The notes: generated by a model not told the origin, from the sequence alone. 37,613 nucleotides of DNA from a virus (IMGVR_UViG_3300047282_000135:1-37613), one strand, 5' to 3'; shown: positions 17,579 to 24,385, counted from the stretch's first letter. A program made the numbers and translations.

Positions 17579-17626
17579 ATGGACGGTGAGAGGCCGGCAG
17601 AGTTTGGCAGATAGGTTGGCAGGTTG

Positions 17627-17986
17627 CTAGGAGTCGCAGGAGATTATTTGCGACGCATCTGCGACTGAGCGAGCAATTCCTGCGATGCCACCAGCGCCTG
17701 TCACAGCGGTGAGCCATGCGTGCTGCTCGGGGCGGATGCGGCCATGCTCTGTCTTCACCTCGATGCTGGTGAACACGGCGAGGCGCTGGCCCACCATGTC
17801 GGGGGTGATGGTGATGGTGCGCCAGCCGATCAGATCTGCAGAGCCACGTGCTAGGCCAAACTGCACGGGGCGGCCGGTGCGTGGATCTGGCAGGCTGCCG
17901 CAGTTGTTCCTAAACAGCCTCAGGCCTGGCTTTGTGCCCAAAGCCAGACGGATTTCCTGTTGGAGGTGCGTCTCACTAGCCGACAT
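17627..17986 (-). CDS. VRR-NUC domain nuclease
   Basis: SETHLQQEI, RNNCG, GSADLIG, IEVKT, RPEQ and GGIAGIARS. Confidence 0.9.
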   Translation of the reverse strand: MSASETHLQQEIRLALGTKPGLRLFRNNCGSLPDPRTGRPVQFGLARGSADLIGWRTITITPDMVGQRLAVFTSIEVKTEHGRIRPEQHAWLTAVTGAGGIAGIARSVADASQIISCDS

Positions 17987-18590
17987 TCATTGCCTTGAGG
18001 TGCTTACGCACAGTGTGGCGCGGCACACCTAACAGCTCGCTCCACTCCGTAACGGTCAGACGCTTGCCGTCGTGATCGATGTAGACGCAGCAACGGCGAT
18101 TATTTTGCTGCTCTTTCCTAGTTGCCCACCGGCAGTTGCTTGGTGCGTAGCCGTTGTCGTTATCGATGCGGTCAATCGTCAGACCTTCTGAATAGCCGCT
18201 GGTATTTGCCCATGCCTTGAAGTTGCGGTAGTCGCGCCACTCCGCGCATACATGAATACCTCTGCCGCCATAGTTTGCAAACGCACGATGGTTTGGGTTG
18301 TGGCACCTCCGGACCATCGAATCCCAGACGCGATAAAGCTTGCTGTGGCAGTCTGAGTGCTTGGTGTGTCGGCCACGAAGGCATCCACATGCCAGCTGCT
18401 TGCCGGTGCGTTCGTAAAGGCGGCTTTTTCTGATCACGGTCACGTTGCCGCAGTCGCACTGACAGCGAACCATTTGGTAGCGGTGGCCAGCCGAAGCGTC
18501 AGCCAAAACAGTCAGAAGACCGAAGCGCTGGCCGAGCAGCTCAGCAGGTATGGGATTTGGCACGGAGCAAGATAGGATAGCTGTTCCCAT
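17976..18590 (-). CDS. HNH homing-endonuclease-like protein
   Basis: GQRFGLLTV, CQCDCG, YGGRGI and TIDRIDNDNGYAPSNCRWAT. Confidence 0.88.
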   Translation of the reverse strand: MGTAILSCSVPNPIPAELLGQRFGLLTVLADASAGHRYQMVRCQCDCGNVTVIRKSRLYERTGKQLACGCLRGRHTKHSDCHSKLYRVWDSMVRRCHNPNHRAFANYGGRGIHVCAEWRDYRNFKAWANTSGYSEGLTIDRIDNDNGYAPSNCRWATRKEQQNNRRCCVYIDHDGKRLTVTEWSELLGVPRHTVRKHLKAMNVG

Positions 18591-18608
18591 CTTATTGCGT
18601 TTTGCCTT

Positions 18609-19967
18609 TTATTGCCGGCCACGCGCATAGAGCACATGCTTAGCCCAGCCAACTGGGTTCTTCATTCCACGGGCTTGGCCGAGGTGGATCAGCTCTTGCA
18701 ATGTGCGCGCTTGGCCTTGCTCACGGCGTGCGGTGCGTTGCTCGGTGCGCTTCAGCTCCTGCAGTTCTCCTGCGATTTGACGGATGACGCGCGATTTAAT
18801 CGGCTGGCATTGTGCGCCACAGACCGGGCAAATCGGCGCCGGCTTGAACGCGGCGTAACACTCAGGGCATGTGCGCACTGACGGCGCTGCGGTGCCGCTG
18901 CGCTTCACTGCACCCTCGGCCAGGCTCCACTCGCGCGGATCATCTGGGAATCCATGGCGCGGCACGTTGCCAACGTGATCGAGGATGATTGCGGCATCCT
19001 TGCCTGGCGCTGGGCGCAGCACGCGGCCCACCTGCTGTAGGTAAAGGCCGAGCGATTGCGTGGGCCTGAGTAACACGGCGCAACTGGCGGCGGGCACATC
19101 GAAGCCCTCACTGACCACATCCACGGTCACGAGCACGCGAATCACGCCAGCGGCATATTGCGCCACTACTGCATCACGATCCTGCGTATCGCCCAGCAGC
19201 AGCGCTGCGCCAATCCCGGCTGTCTTAAATGCGTCGCACACTGAGACGGCATGGGCGACATTGCAGCAGAAGGCGATGGCCTGCTGTCCTGCTGCCAGGC
19301 GCTGATAATGCGCGATGGCATCGCCGGTCACTGTGGGTCGATCCATAGCGGCCGCGGCCTGATCGTTGGCGTAGTCGCCGGCTCGCGTGCGGATGCCATT
19401 GAGATCAGCCACTACTGGCGGCGCATAAATCCGTGCAGGCGATAGGAACCCGGCATTGATCAGATCTGCTACTGACGGGCCAAGCACCATGGCATCAAAG
19501 GCGCTGCGCAGTCCCTCGCCCGAGAGGCGGCATGGCGTGGCGGTAACACCCAGCCGGTAGGCATCGGGCCAATGATCGAGGACGCGCGCCCACTGCCCTG
19601 CAGTGGCGTGGTGGGCTTCATCAATAATGATCAGCCCCGGTTGCCAATCCATGCGGGCCAGCCTGCGGGCGAGCGTTTGCACGGATGCGATCTGTACCGG
19701 TGCATCTGTAGCAGGCACACCAGCGGCGATGATGCCGTGTTGAAGGCCGATCCATTGGAGCTTGCTGCTGGCCTGGTGGATCAGCTCACGGCGATGCACC
19801 AGGATCAGCACGCGGTTGCCTTTTGCTGCAGCGCTGGCGGCGATGGTGGAGAAGACGATGGTTTTGCCGCCGCCGGTCGGCAGCACTAGCAGCGGTGCGC
19901 GGGCGCCAGAGCGGTAGGCATCGCGCAGATCATCAATGGCGCGCTGCTGGTAGGGGCGGAGGTGCAT
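18609..19967 (-). CDS. Superfamily 2 helicase (RadD/YejH-like) with C-terminal Zn finger
   Basis: LRPYQ, PTGGGKT, DEAHH, TATP, EGFD, QQVGRVLR and CPEC/CPVC. The likely start is the ATG at 19967. Confidence 0.93.
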   Translation of the reverse strand: MHLRPYQQRAIDDLRDAYRSGARAPLLVLPTGGGKTIVFSTIAASAAAKGNRVLILVHRRELIHQASSKLQWIGLQHGIIAAGVPATDAPVQIASVQTLARRLARMDWQPGLIIIDEAHHATAGQWARVLDHWPDAYRLGVTATPCRLSGEGLRSAFDAMVLGPSVADLINAGFLSPARIYAPPVVADLNGIRTRAGDYANDQAAAAMDRPTVTGDAIAHYQRLAAGQQAIAFCCNVAHAVSVCDAFKTAGIGAALLLGDTQDRDAVVAQYAAGVIRVLVTVDVVSEGFDVPAASCAVLLRPTQSLGLYLQQVGRVLRPAPGKDAAIILDHVGNVPRHGFPDDPREWSLAEGAVKRSGTAAPSVRTCPECYAAFKPAPICPVCGAQCQPIKSRVIRQIAGELQELKRTEQRTARREQGQARTLQELIHLGQARGMKNPVGWAKHVLYARGRQ

Positions 19968-19970
19968 GGG

Positions 19971-20101
19971 GTTGCGGCCCCGGTTGCCCAGGGCCTCGGT
20001 GGTTGGCGGTGATGCGCGGCATAGTGCGATGCGGAGACTCACTGGGAATTGAGCTGCTCAGCGGGTTAACGCGGGGCGACGCAGAATGGCAGGCACAGCC
20101 C
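19971..20101 (-). ncRNA. Pentamer-array ncRNA unit C (putative guide RNA)
   Basis: 17 or more pentamers at 20007-20091 (plus-strand consensus M-R-N-N-G). On the minus strand they are followed by CGCCAACCACCGA, hairpin GGCCCTGG-GCAA-CCGGGGCC and GCAAC. Confidence 0.75.
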
Positions 20102-20131
20102 ACCAGATAGCCGATAGCTAAGTGTTGGGTT

Positions 20132-20240
20132 GTTGCGTGGCCCCGAAGGGCCACTCGGTGGTTGGCGACGAGCGGCACAGCGCTACTACGCAGATCAGGG
20201 CAAAGAGCAGCGCTAAACTGATATGCAGAGAGCCGAATGT
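20132..20240 (-). ncRNA. Pentamer-array ncRNA unit B (putative guide RNA)
   Basis: 14 pentamers at 20166-20235, followed on the minus strand by CGCCAACCACCGA, hairpin GTGGCCC-TTCG-GGGCCAC and GCAAC. Confidence 0.75.
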
Positions 20241-20270
20241 GGGCCTTACACCTAACGGATGCCCAGATCA

Positions 20271-20774
20271 TCAGCCCTCTAGTTGCGGTGGCTTTTTACC
20301 TGCACGTTTGAGCAATCTGAGCTGACGTTGTGCGCCTTGTGCTGATGCAGCGATGAATGAATGCACGTTGATGCGATTCTGATGTTCGCGGCGTGCAGCA
20401 CCTGTCAGCTTGCTGTCATCAATCGAGCTAACCAATCTGCTGGTAGCGCGTTGATGGCGGCGAAGCCCTTGAAATGCCTGATCATTCAGATAGGCAGATG
20501 CGTTCTCATCGGTCAGGACATTGATTACGCCTCCGACGGTGTTCATCACCAAGGGCGGGAGTTCCTTTTCGCGTCGATCACGCTCCAGCCAATCACGCAC
20601 CTGAAGCAGCACATACGGCAGTTTGGCTAGCTTGACTAACTCTTCATCACCGAGTTCATCAATCCAGCTTTGCAATTTATCTGGCTTGCGATTGACATAG
20701 TGCTCCCATGCCAGTTCTGCTGGGATTGTCTGGCCCTTGTAAAGAGCTGTTGAATCGATGGATGCGCTTTTCAT
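20271..20774 (-). CDS. Accessory protein coupled to the Cas7/RAMP-like gene (function unknown)
   Basis: 167 aa from the ATG at 20774, which overlaps the upstream stop (TGATG). It looks helical and has a basic C-terminus. Confidence 0.75.
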   Translation of the reverse strand: MKSASIDSTALYKGQTIPAELAWEHYVNRKPDKLQSWIDELGDEELVKLAKLPYVLLQVRDWLERDRREKELPPLVMNTVGGVINVLTDENASAYLNDQAFQGLRRHQRATSRLVSSIDDSKLTGAARREHQNRINVHSFIAASAQGAQRQLRLLKRAGKKPPQLEG

Positions 20775-21403
20775 CAGCCGATCTCCACTTCTTCTAGGTG
20801 GGTGACTTGAAAGCGACCGTGCATTGGTCGCCATGTACCAAGTCCCTCAGCAATACCGGCACGGTCAAGGATCTTGGCCAGCGTTTGCGGGTCAATGATC
20901 TCATCATTCACCAGCATGGAATACTTTGCTGCCCAATGCGGGATGCGAACACGAACGGCCATGGTGCCGCGTCCGGTTGGCGCGATTGATAGGAAGCGGG
21001 AGTCTTCATACATGACGGCAGCATCACGCGGTCCGTCGTAGATGAGTTCTGCGTCGCCTTCCACAACGATGGCGCGTTTGGTGTCTTTGCCCAGCTTCCA
21101 TGCGGTTGCACCATCGCGGATGCAGCGCTGCAAGTTTTGCGCGGGCAGGAATGGATCGCGGAAACCTTCAAAGCTGGAATCACCATCCAGTGATGTGCCA
21201 TAAGTGAAGGTGCCCTCTGTGCCCCAATAGCCAGAGAAGAGCCAATGCAAACGGCGCAGCGCGTGCTCGTTGCGGTTCTTCTTCATGGCGGTGAAGTATT
21301 TGATCGCTGCTGCATGTGGCCCGAGTGGGTCGACTGTGCAGGGATTGGACAGGATGACCGGGCGTGTGCCCTCAAGCGTTAGTTCAAAGCGGCGAAATGC
21401 CAT
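20774..21403 (-). CDS. Cas7/RAMP-like (Vipr-like) RNA-binding protein
   Basis: N-terminal strand FELTLEGTRPVI, central PFLPAQNLQRCI resembling the RAMP P-x-I-P-x-x-x-x-K helix, and C-terminal Gly-rich loop AGIAEGLGTWRPMHGRFQV. Flanked by repeat arrays. The fold is assigned from motifs only. Confidence 0.72.
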   Translation of the reverse strand: MAFRRFELTLEGTRPVILSNPCTVDPLGPHAAAIKYFTAMKKNRNEHALRRLHWLFSGYWGTEGTFTYGTSLDGDSSFEGFRDPFLPAQNLQRCIRDGATAWKLGKDTKRAIVVEGDAELIYDGPRDAAVMYEDSRFLSIAPTGRGTMAVRVRIPHWAAKYSMLVNDEIIDPQTLAKILDRAGIAEGLGTWRPMHGRFQVTHLEEVEIG

Positions 21404-21421
21404 GGATGTCCTCGTGGGTTA

Positions 21422-21545
21422 GTTGCAGGGCCTGAAGCCAGGCCCTTCTGTGGTGTGCGCAGAAATGCGTCAGACGGCAGGAAAAGGCGGCGAATGGCGC
21501 GGCAATGAGCAGCGCATCAGAGCTCCGAAAAGCAGTGACCCGCAA
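21422..21545 (-). ncRNA. Pentamer-array ncRNA unit A (putative guide RNA)
   Basis: 17 pentamers at 21458-21542, followed on the minus strand by CGCACACCACAGA, hairpin AGGGCCTG-GCTT-CAGGCCCT and GCAAC. Confidence 0.75.
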
Positions 21546-21601
21546 ACCATACCAGCATCCGGCCGCATCCGCTAGTATCTGCCTGAAACCCGCTGCAATG
21601 C

Positions 21602-22438
21602 ATGAAAAACACCGACTATCACGCGCATCCGGCAATCTCAAAGTCTCATCTGGATCTCATCGCAAGATCACCGCTGCACTACTGGGCCAGGTATCTGGAC
21701 CCCAAGCGTGTGGCGCCAGAGCCCACCGCAGCCATGCGGCTTGGCACTGCGCTGCATACGCATGTGTTGGAGCTGAGCCGATGGGATGAGGAGATCGCGG
21801 TGGCGCCAGTGTGTGATCGCCGCACCAAGGCCGGCAAAGATGCGTTTGCATCATTCGAGGCCAGCTCAGCTGGCAAGACCGTGATCACCGCCGACGATGC
21901 CGAGGTTGTGATGGCGATGGGCCGTAGCATCATGCGCCATCCCGGTGCGGCCATGCTGCTAGGGCTGCCAGGCAAGGCTGAGACCACGCACATGTGGACA
22001 GACGCCACTTATGGGGTCGACTGCAAGTGTCGTCCTGACTGGCTCACGGATGACGGCAGCATCATGGTTGATCTCAAAACCACCCGCGACGCCAGCCCGC
22101 GTGGTTTCAGGCGAAGCATTGGCGATTACCGCTACCACGTGCAAGCTGGCTGGTACATGCACGGGGTCCAAGCTGCCACCGGCAAGCGCCCCGATCAGTT
22201 CATCTTTATCTGCGTTGAAACGACAGCGCCTTACGCGGTTGCTGTGTACGCCGCCGATGCCGAGATGATCGAGCGCGGTTATGAACAGGCAATGTTTGAT
22301 TTGGGCAAGCTGGCCACCTGCCGCGCTGCTGACAGCTGGCCCAGCTATAGCGACCAGATCGAAACCATCAGCCTGCCGAGTTGGATGACGGCCGCCACCA
22401 GCCAGCAGCAGGCCACAACCGAAATCGAGACCTATTAA
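21602..22438 (+). CDS. RecE/exonuclease VIII-like PD-(D/E)XK nuclease
   Basis: YHAHPAISKSHLD, GTALHTHVLE, KCRPD, VDLKTT and YHVQAGWY. Confidence 0.9.
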   Translation: MKNTDYHAHPAISKSHLDLIARSPLHYWARYLDPKRVAPEPTAAMRLGTALHTHVLELSRWDEEIAVAPVCDRRTKAGKDAFASFEASSAGKTVITADDAEVVMAMGRSIMRHPGAAMLLGLPGKAETTHMWTDATYGVDCKCRPDWLTDDGSIMVDLKTTRDASPRGFRRSIGDYRYHVQAGWYMHGVQAATGKRPDQFIFICVETTAPYAVAVYAADAEMIERGYEQAMFDLGKLATCRAADSWPSYSDQIETISLPSWMTAATSQQQATTEIETY

Positions 22439-23095
22439 ATGGACGCACAATCAGCCATCACCACCACCCAGCCCGCGGGCTCGGTATTCAGCGGCATCCA
22501 AGCCTTCGAGGACGCCCAGCGTATTGCCAAGGCTTTGGCCAGCAGCACGCTGATCCCACCGCAGTTTCAAGGCCAGCAGGGGTTCGCCAACTGCTTGGTG
22601 GCGCTTGAGATCGCCAATCGGATGGGCATCTCGCCCTTCCTAGCGATGCAGCACCTGCATGTCATCCATGGCCGGCCCTCGTGGAGCAGTAGCTTCATCA
22701 TTGCGATGGTGAACGGCTGTGGCCGCTTCAGCCCATTGCGGTTTGAGATGAGCGGCAGCGGCGACAACCTGGCCTGCTATGCCGTCGCCAAGGATCTCGC
22801 CAGCAATCAGGAGCTGAAGGGGCCGACGATCACGATGGCGATGGCCAAGCGTGAAGGATGGGCCACCAAAAGCGGCAGCAAGTGGGCCACGATGCCCGAG
22901 CTGATGATCCGCTACCGGGCCGCCGCCTTCTGGGGCAGGTTGTACGCCAGCGACCTGTTGCTCGGTATGCAAAGCCAAGAGGAGGTGCTCGATGTGCAGC
23001 CGGTCACGGTGACAGAGACCAGCGTGGCTGATTTGAACGCCAAGCTGCAGCCCGAAACTCCAGTTGCCGCAACCGATCAGGATGAACTCTTCTGA
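22439..23095 (+). CDS. Single-strand annealing recombinase (RecT/Red-beta-like)
   Basis: NCLVALE, MQHLHVIHGRPSW and KWATMPELMIRYRAAAFWGR, adjacent to the RecE-like gene. Confidence 0.75.
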   Translation: MDAQSAITTTQPAGSVFSGIQAFEDAQRIAKALASSTLIPPQFQGQQGFANCLVALEIANRMGISPFLAMQHLHVIHGRPSWSSSFIIAMVNGCGRFSPLRFEMSGSGDNLACYAVAKDLASNQELKGPTITMAMAKREGWATKSGSKWATMPELMIRYRAAAFWGRLYASDLLLGMQSQEEVLDVQPVTVTETSVADLNAKLQPETPVAATDQDELF

Positions 23096-23273
23096 TTACT
23101 TAACGGCCACGCAGTTAGCGCAGCGCTGGGGCCTGCACCCTGACACGCTTAGCCGCTGGCGAAAGGCTGGCAAAGGCCCGCCGTACTTCCGCACTCCCGG
23201 CTTCGTGCTCTACCCATTGGCCGAGGTGGAGCAATACGAACAGGCCAACACCATTACCCACGAGCAACCATGA
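23082..23273 (+). CDS. MerR/excisionase-like HTH protein
   Basis: YLTATQLAQRWGLHPDTLSRWRKAGKGPPY...VLYPLAEVEQYE. Confidence 0.85.
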   Translation: MNSSDYLTATQLAQRWGLHPDTLSRWRKAGKGPPYFRTPGFVLYPLAEVEQYEQANTITHEQP

Positions 23274-23629
23274 CCTTTTCCGTTAACGGCGCACTGTTTA
23301 AGCAATCCGAAGCCGACTGGCAGAAACGGATGGGCGATAAGTTCCAAGCTGGCAAAAACTACCCCGAGTTTGATGGCGTGCTGAATGTGCCTGCTGATCA
23401 GGCGTATGCCTTGGCGCAGTATCTGATGAACGCCGACCCACAGGGTGACCGCAATGAGATTCCTGTGCGGCTGAGCGGTTGGGCTAAGACGGCCAATAGC
23501 GGCGTGAAATATCTCAGTGTTGTGGCTAAGCCGGACTGGAAGACGCAGCAGGCCATTGAGGCCAAGGGTGCGGCTGAAAGCCTGGCCAAGGCCACTGATG
23601 GTGTCGTGGTGGACGCTGATCTCTTCTAA
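23270..23629 (+). CDS. Putative ssDNA-binding protein
   Basis: GALFK, PEFDG and LSGWAKT...KYLS, with an acidic DADLF tail. It follows the recombination genes. Confidence 0.55.
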   Translation: MTFSVNGALFKQSEADWQKRMGDKFQAGKNYPEFDGVLNVPADQAYALAQYLMNADPQGDRNEIPVRLSGWAKTANSGVKYLSVVAKPDWKTQQAIEAKGAAESLAKATDGVVVDADLF

Positions 23630-23829
23630 CGACCCATCAGCTCGCATTCGAGCCGAGCGATCTCGTTAACGGCTTGCTGCAACAGCTGCTGCTGGTAGCA
23701 GGCTTGCTTCAGAAGCGCCGCAGCCATTGGGCCTGCATCCTTGCTGGTTAGCAGGGTGCGGGCCTGTTTTTCAATCTCAAACTGTTGTTCTGGCGATAGC
23801 TCCACCGCCATCCACTGCCCGAAGTTCAT
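23626..23829 (-). CDS. Hypothetical protein
   Basis: 67-aa ORF, LSPEQQFEIE...QQAVNEIARLE. Confidence 0.55.
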   Translation of the reverse strand: MNFGQWMAVELSPEQQFEIEKQARTLLTSKDAGPMAAALLKQACYQQQLLQQAVNEIARLECELMGR

Positions 23830-23865
23830 AGTGCTACCGTGGCGGTGTACATTCCAAGCATACCT

Positions 23866-24093
23866 ATGGACTGCCCGCGTTGCGGTGGTGATGAGATTAG
23901 AGCGCTGTGTACCAACGGCAAGGAATCACATCAGATCACGCGGCAACGGCGTTGCGTAGGCTGCGGGCACGTCTGGTACACGGTGGAACTGCCCGTAAGC
24001 GTGGCGGTGATCGGATGGTCTCGCGGCCGTGGCAAATCAATGCCGGTGTTGCGGGTGCCGGTGGAGCTGGCCGTGGGCAGCAACGCAGTGTGA
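23866..24093 (+). CDS. NrdR-N-like zinc-ribbon protein without ATP cone
   Basis: MDCPRCG...RQRRCVGCGHVWYTVE. Confidence 0.7.
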   Translation: MDCPRCGGDEIRALCTNGKESHQITRQRRCVGCGHVWYTVELPVSVAVIGWSRGRGKSMPVLRVPVELAVGSNAV

Positions 24094-24129
24094 AGAACTG
24101 TTACAGCCCCCCTAGCAGGGTGACCCGTC

Positions 24130-24145
24130 GGCGGTGCATAATTAG
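24130..24145 (+). promoter_or_regulatory. Candidate extended -10 promoter (TGCATAAT) for the small-ORF cluster
   Basis: TG-n-ATAAT-like element in an intergenic gap about 40 nt before the ATG at 24179, followed by a GC-rich leader hairpin. Confidence 0.35.
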
Positions 24146-24178
24146 GGGACGGCCGACGAGGCCACCGCTTCCCCGATC

Positions 24179-24385
24179 ATGACCGCAACCATCAACGGCC
24201 GCACCTTCGAACTCACCGAGAACACCGCCGAACTGCGCAACCTTCGCGCCGATCTGCAGACCCGCGGTTTTGATGGCACGATCTGGGAAGGTTTCAGCGC
24301 TCGCACTGGCCGTCAGCGCAAAGACGTGCGGGCTCTGATCTATCGCGCCAAGGCTGGCCACTTCGTCATCGGTTGTTCGATCTGA
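24179..24385 (+). CDS. Hypothetical protein
   Basis: 68 aa with typical codon usage, followed by hairpin GAGCCC-TCCG-GGGCTC. Confidence 0.65.
   Translation: MTATINGRTFELTENTAELRNLRADLQTRGFDGTIWEGFSARTGRQRKDVRALIYRAKAGHFVIGCSI

Noticed and set aside
19971-20270. Mini CRISPR array (14-nt direct repeat CTCGGTGGTTGGCG at 19995 and 20154)
   Set aside because: There are only two short copies, 159 nt apart. The intervening DNA is itself 5-nt periodic rather than spacer-like, and there is no cas1 or cas2.
19933-20325. ORFs 19933-20271(-) and 20122-20325(+), and the 25-aa N-terminal extension of the helicase to 20042
   Set aside because: They overlap the periodic arrays and hairpins and do not look like real proteins. 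Helicase motifs begin at MHLRPYQ (19967).
21384-21641. 85-aa minus-strand ORF over array A
   Set aside because: It overlaps both flanking genes and is better explained as a chance frame over the ncRNA.
23082-23273. Lysogeny module suggested by the excisionase-like HTH
   Set aside because: No tyrosine or serine integrase, CI-like repressor or par genes were recognised in the genome.
24088-24106. NtcA binding site (TGTG-AAGAACTGT-TACA)
   Set aside because: The spacing is 9 nt rather than the canonical GTA-N8-TAC, and one half-site deviates.
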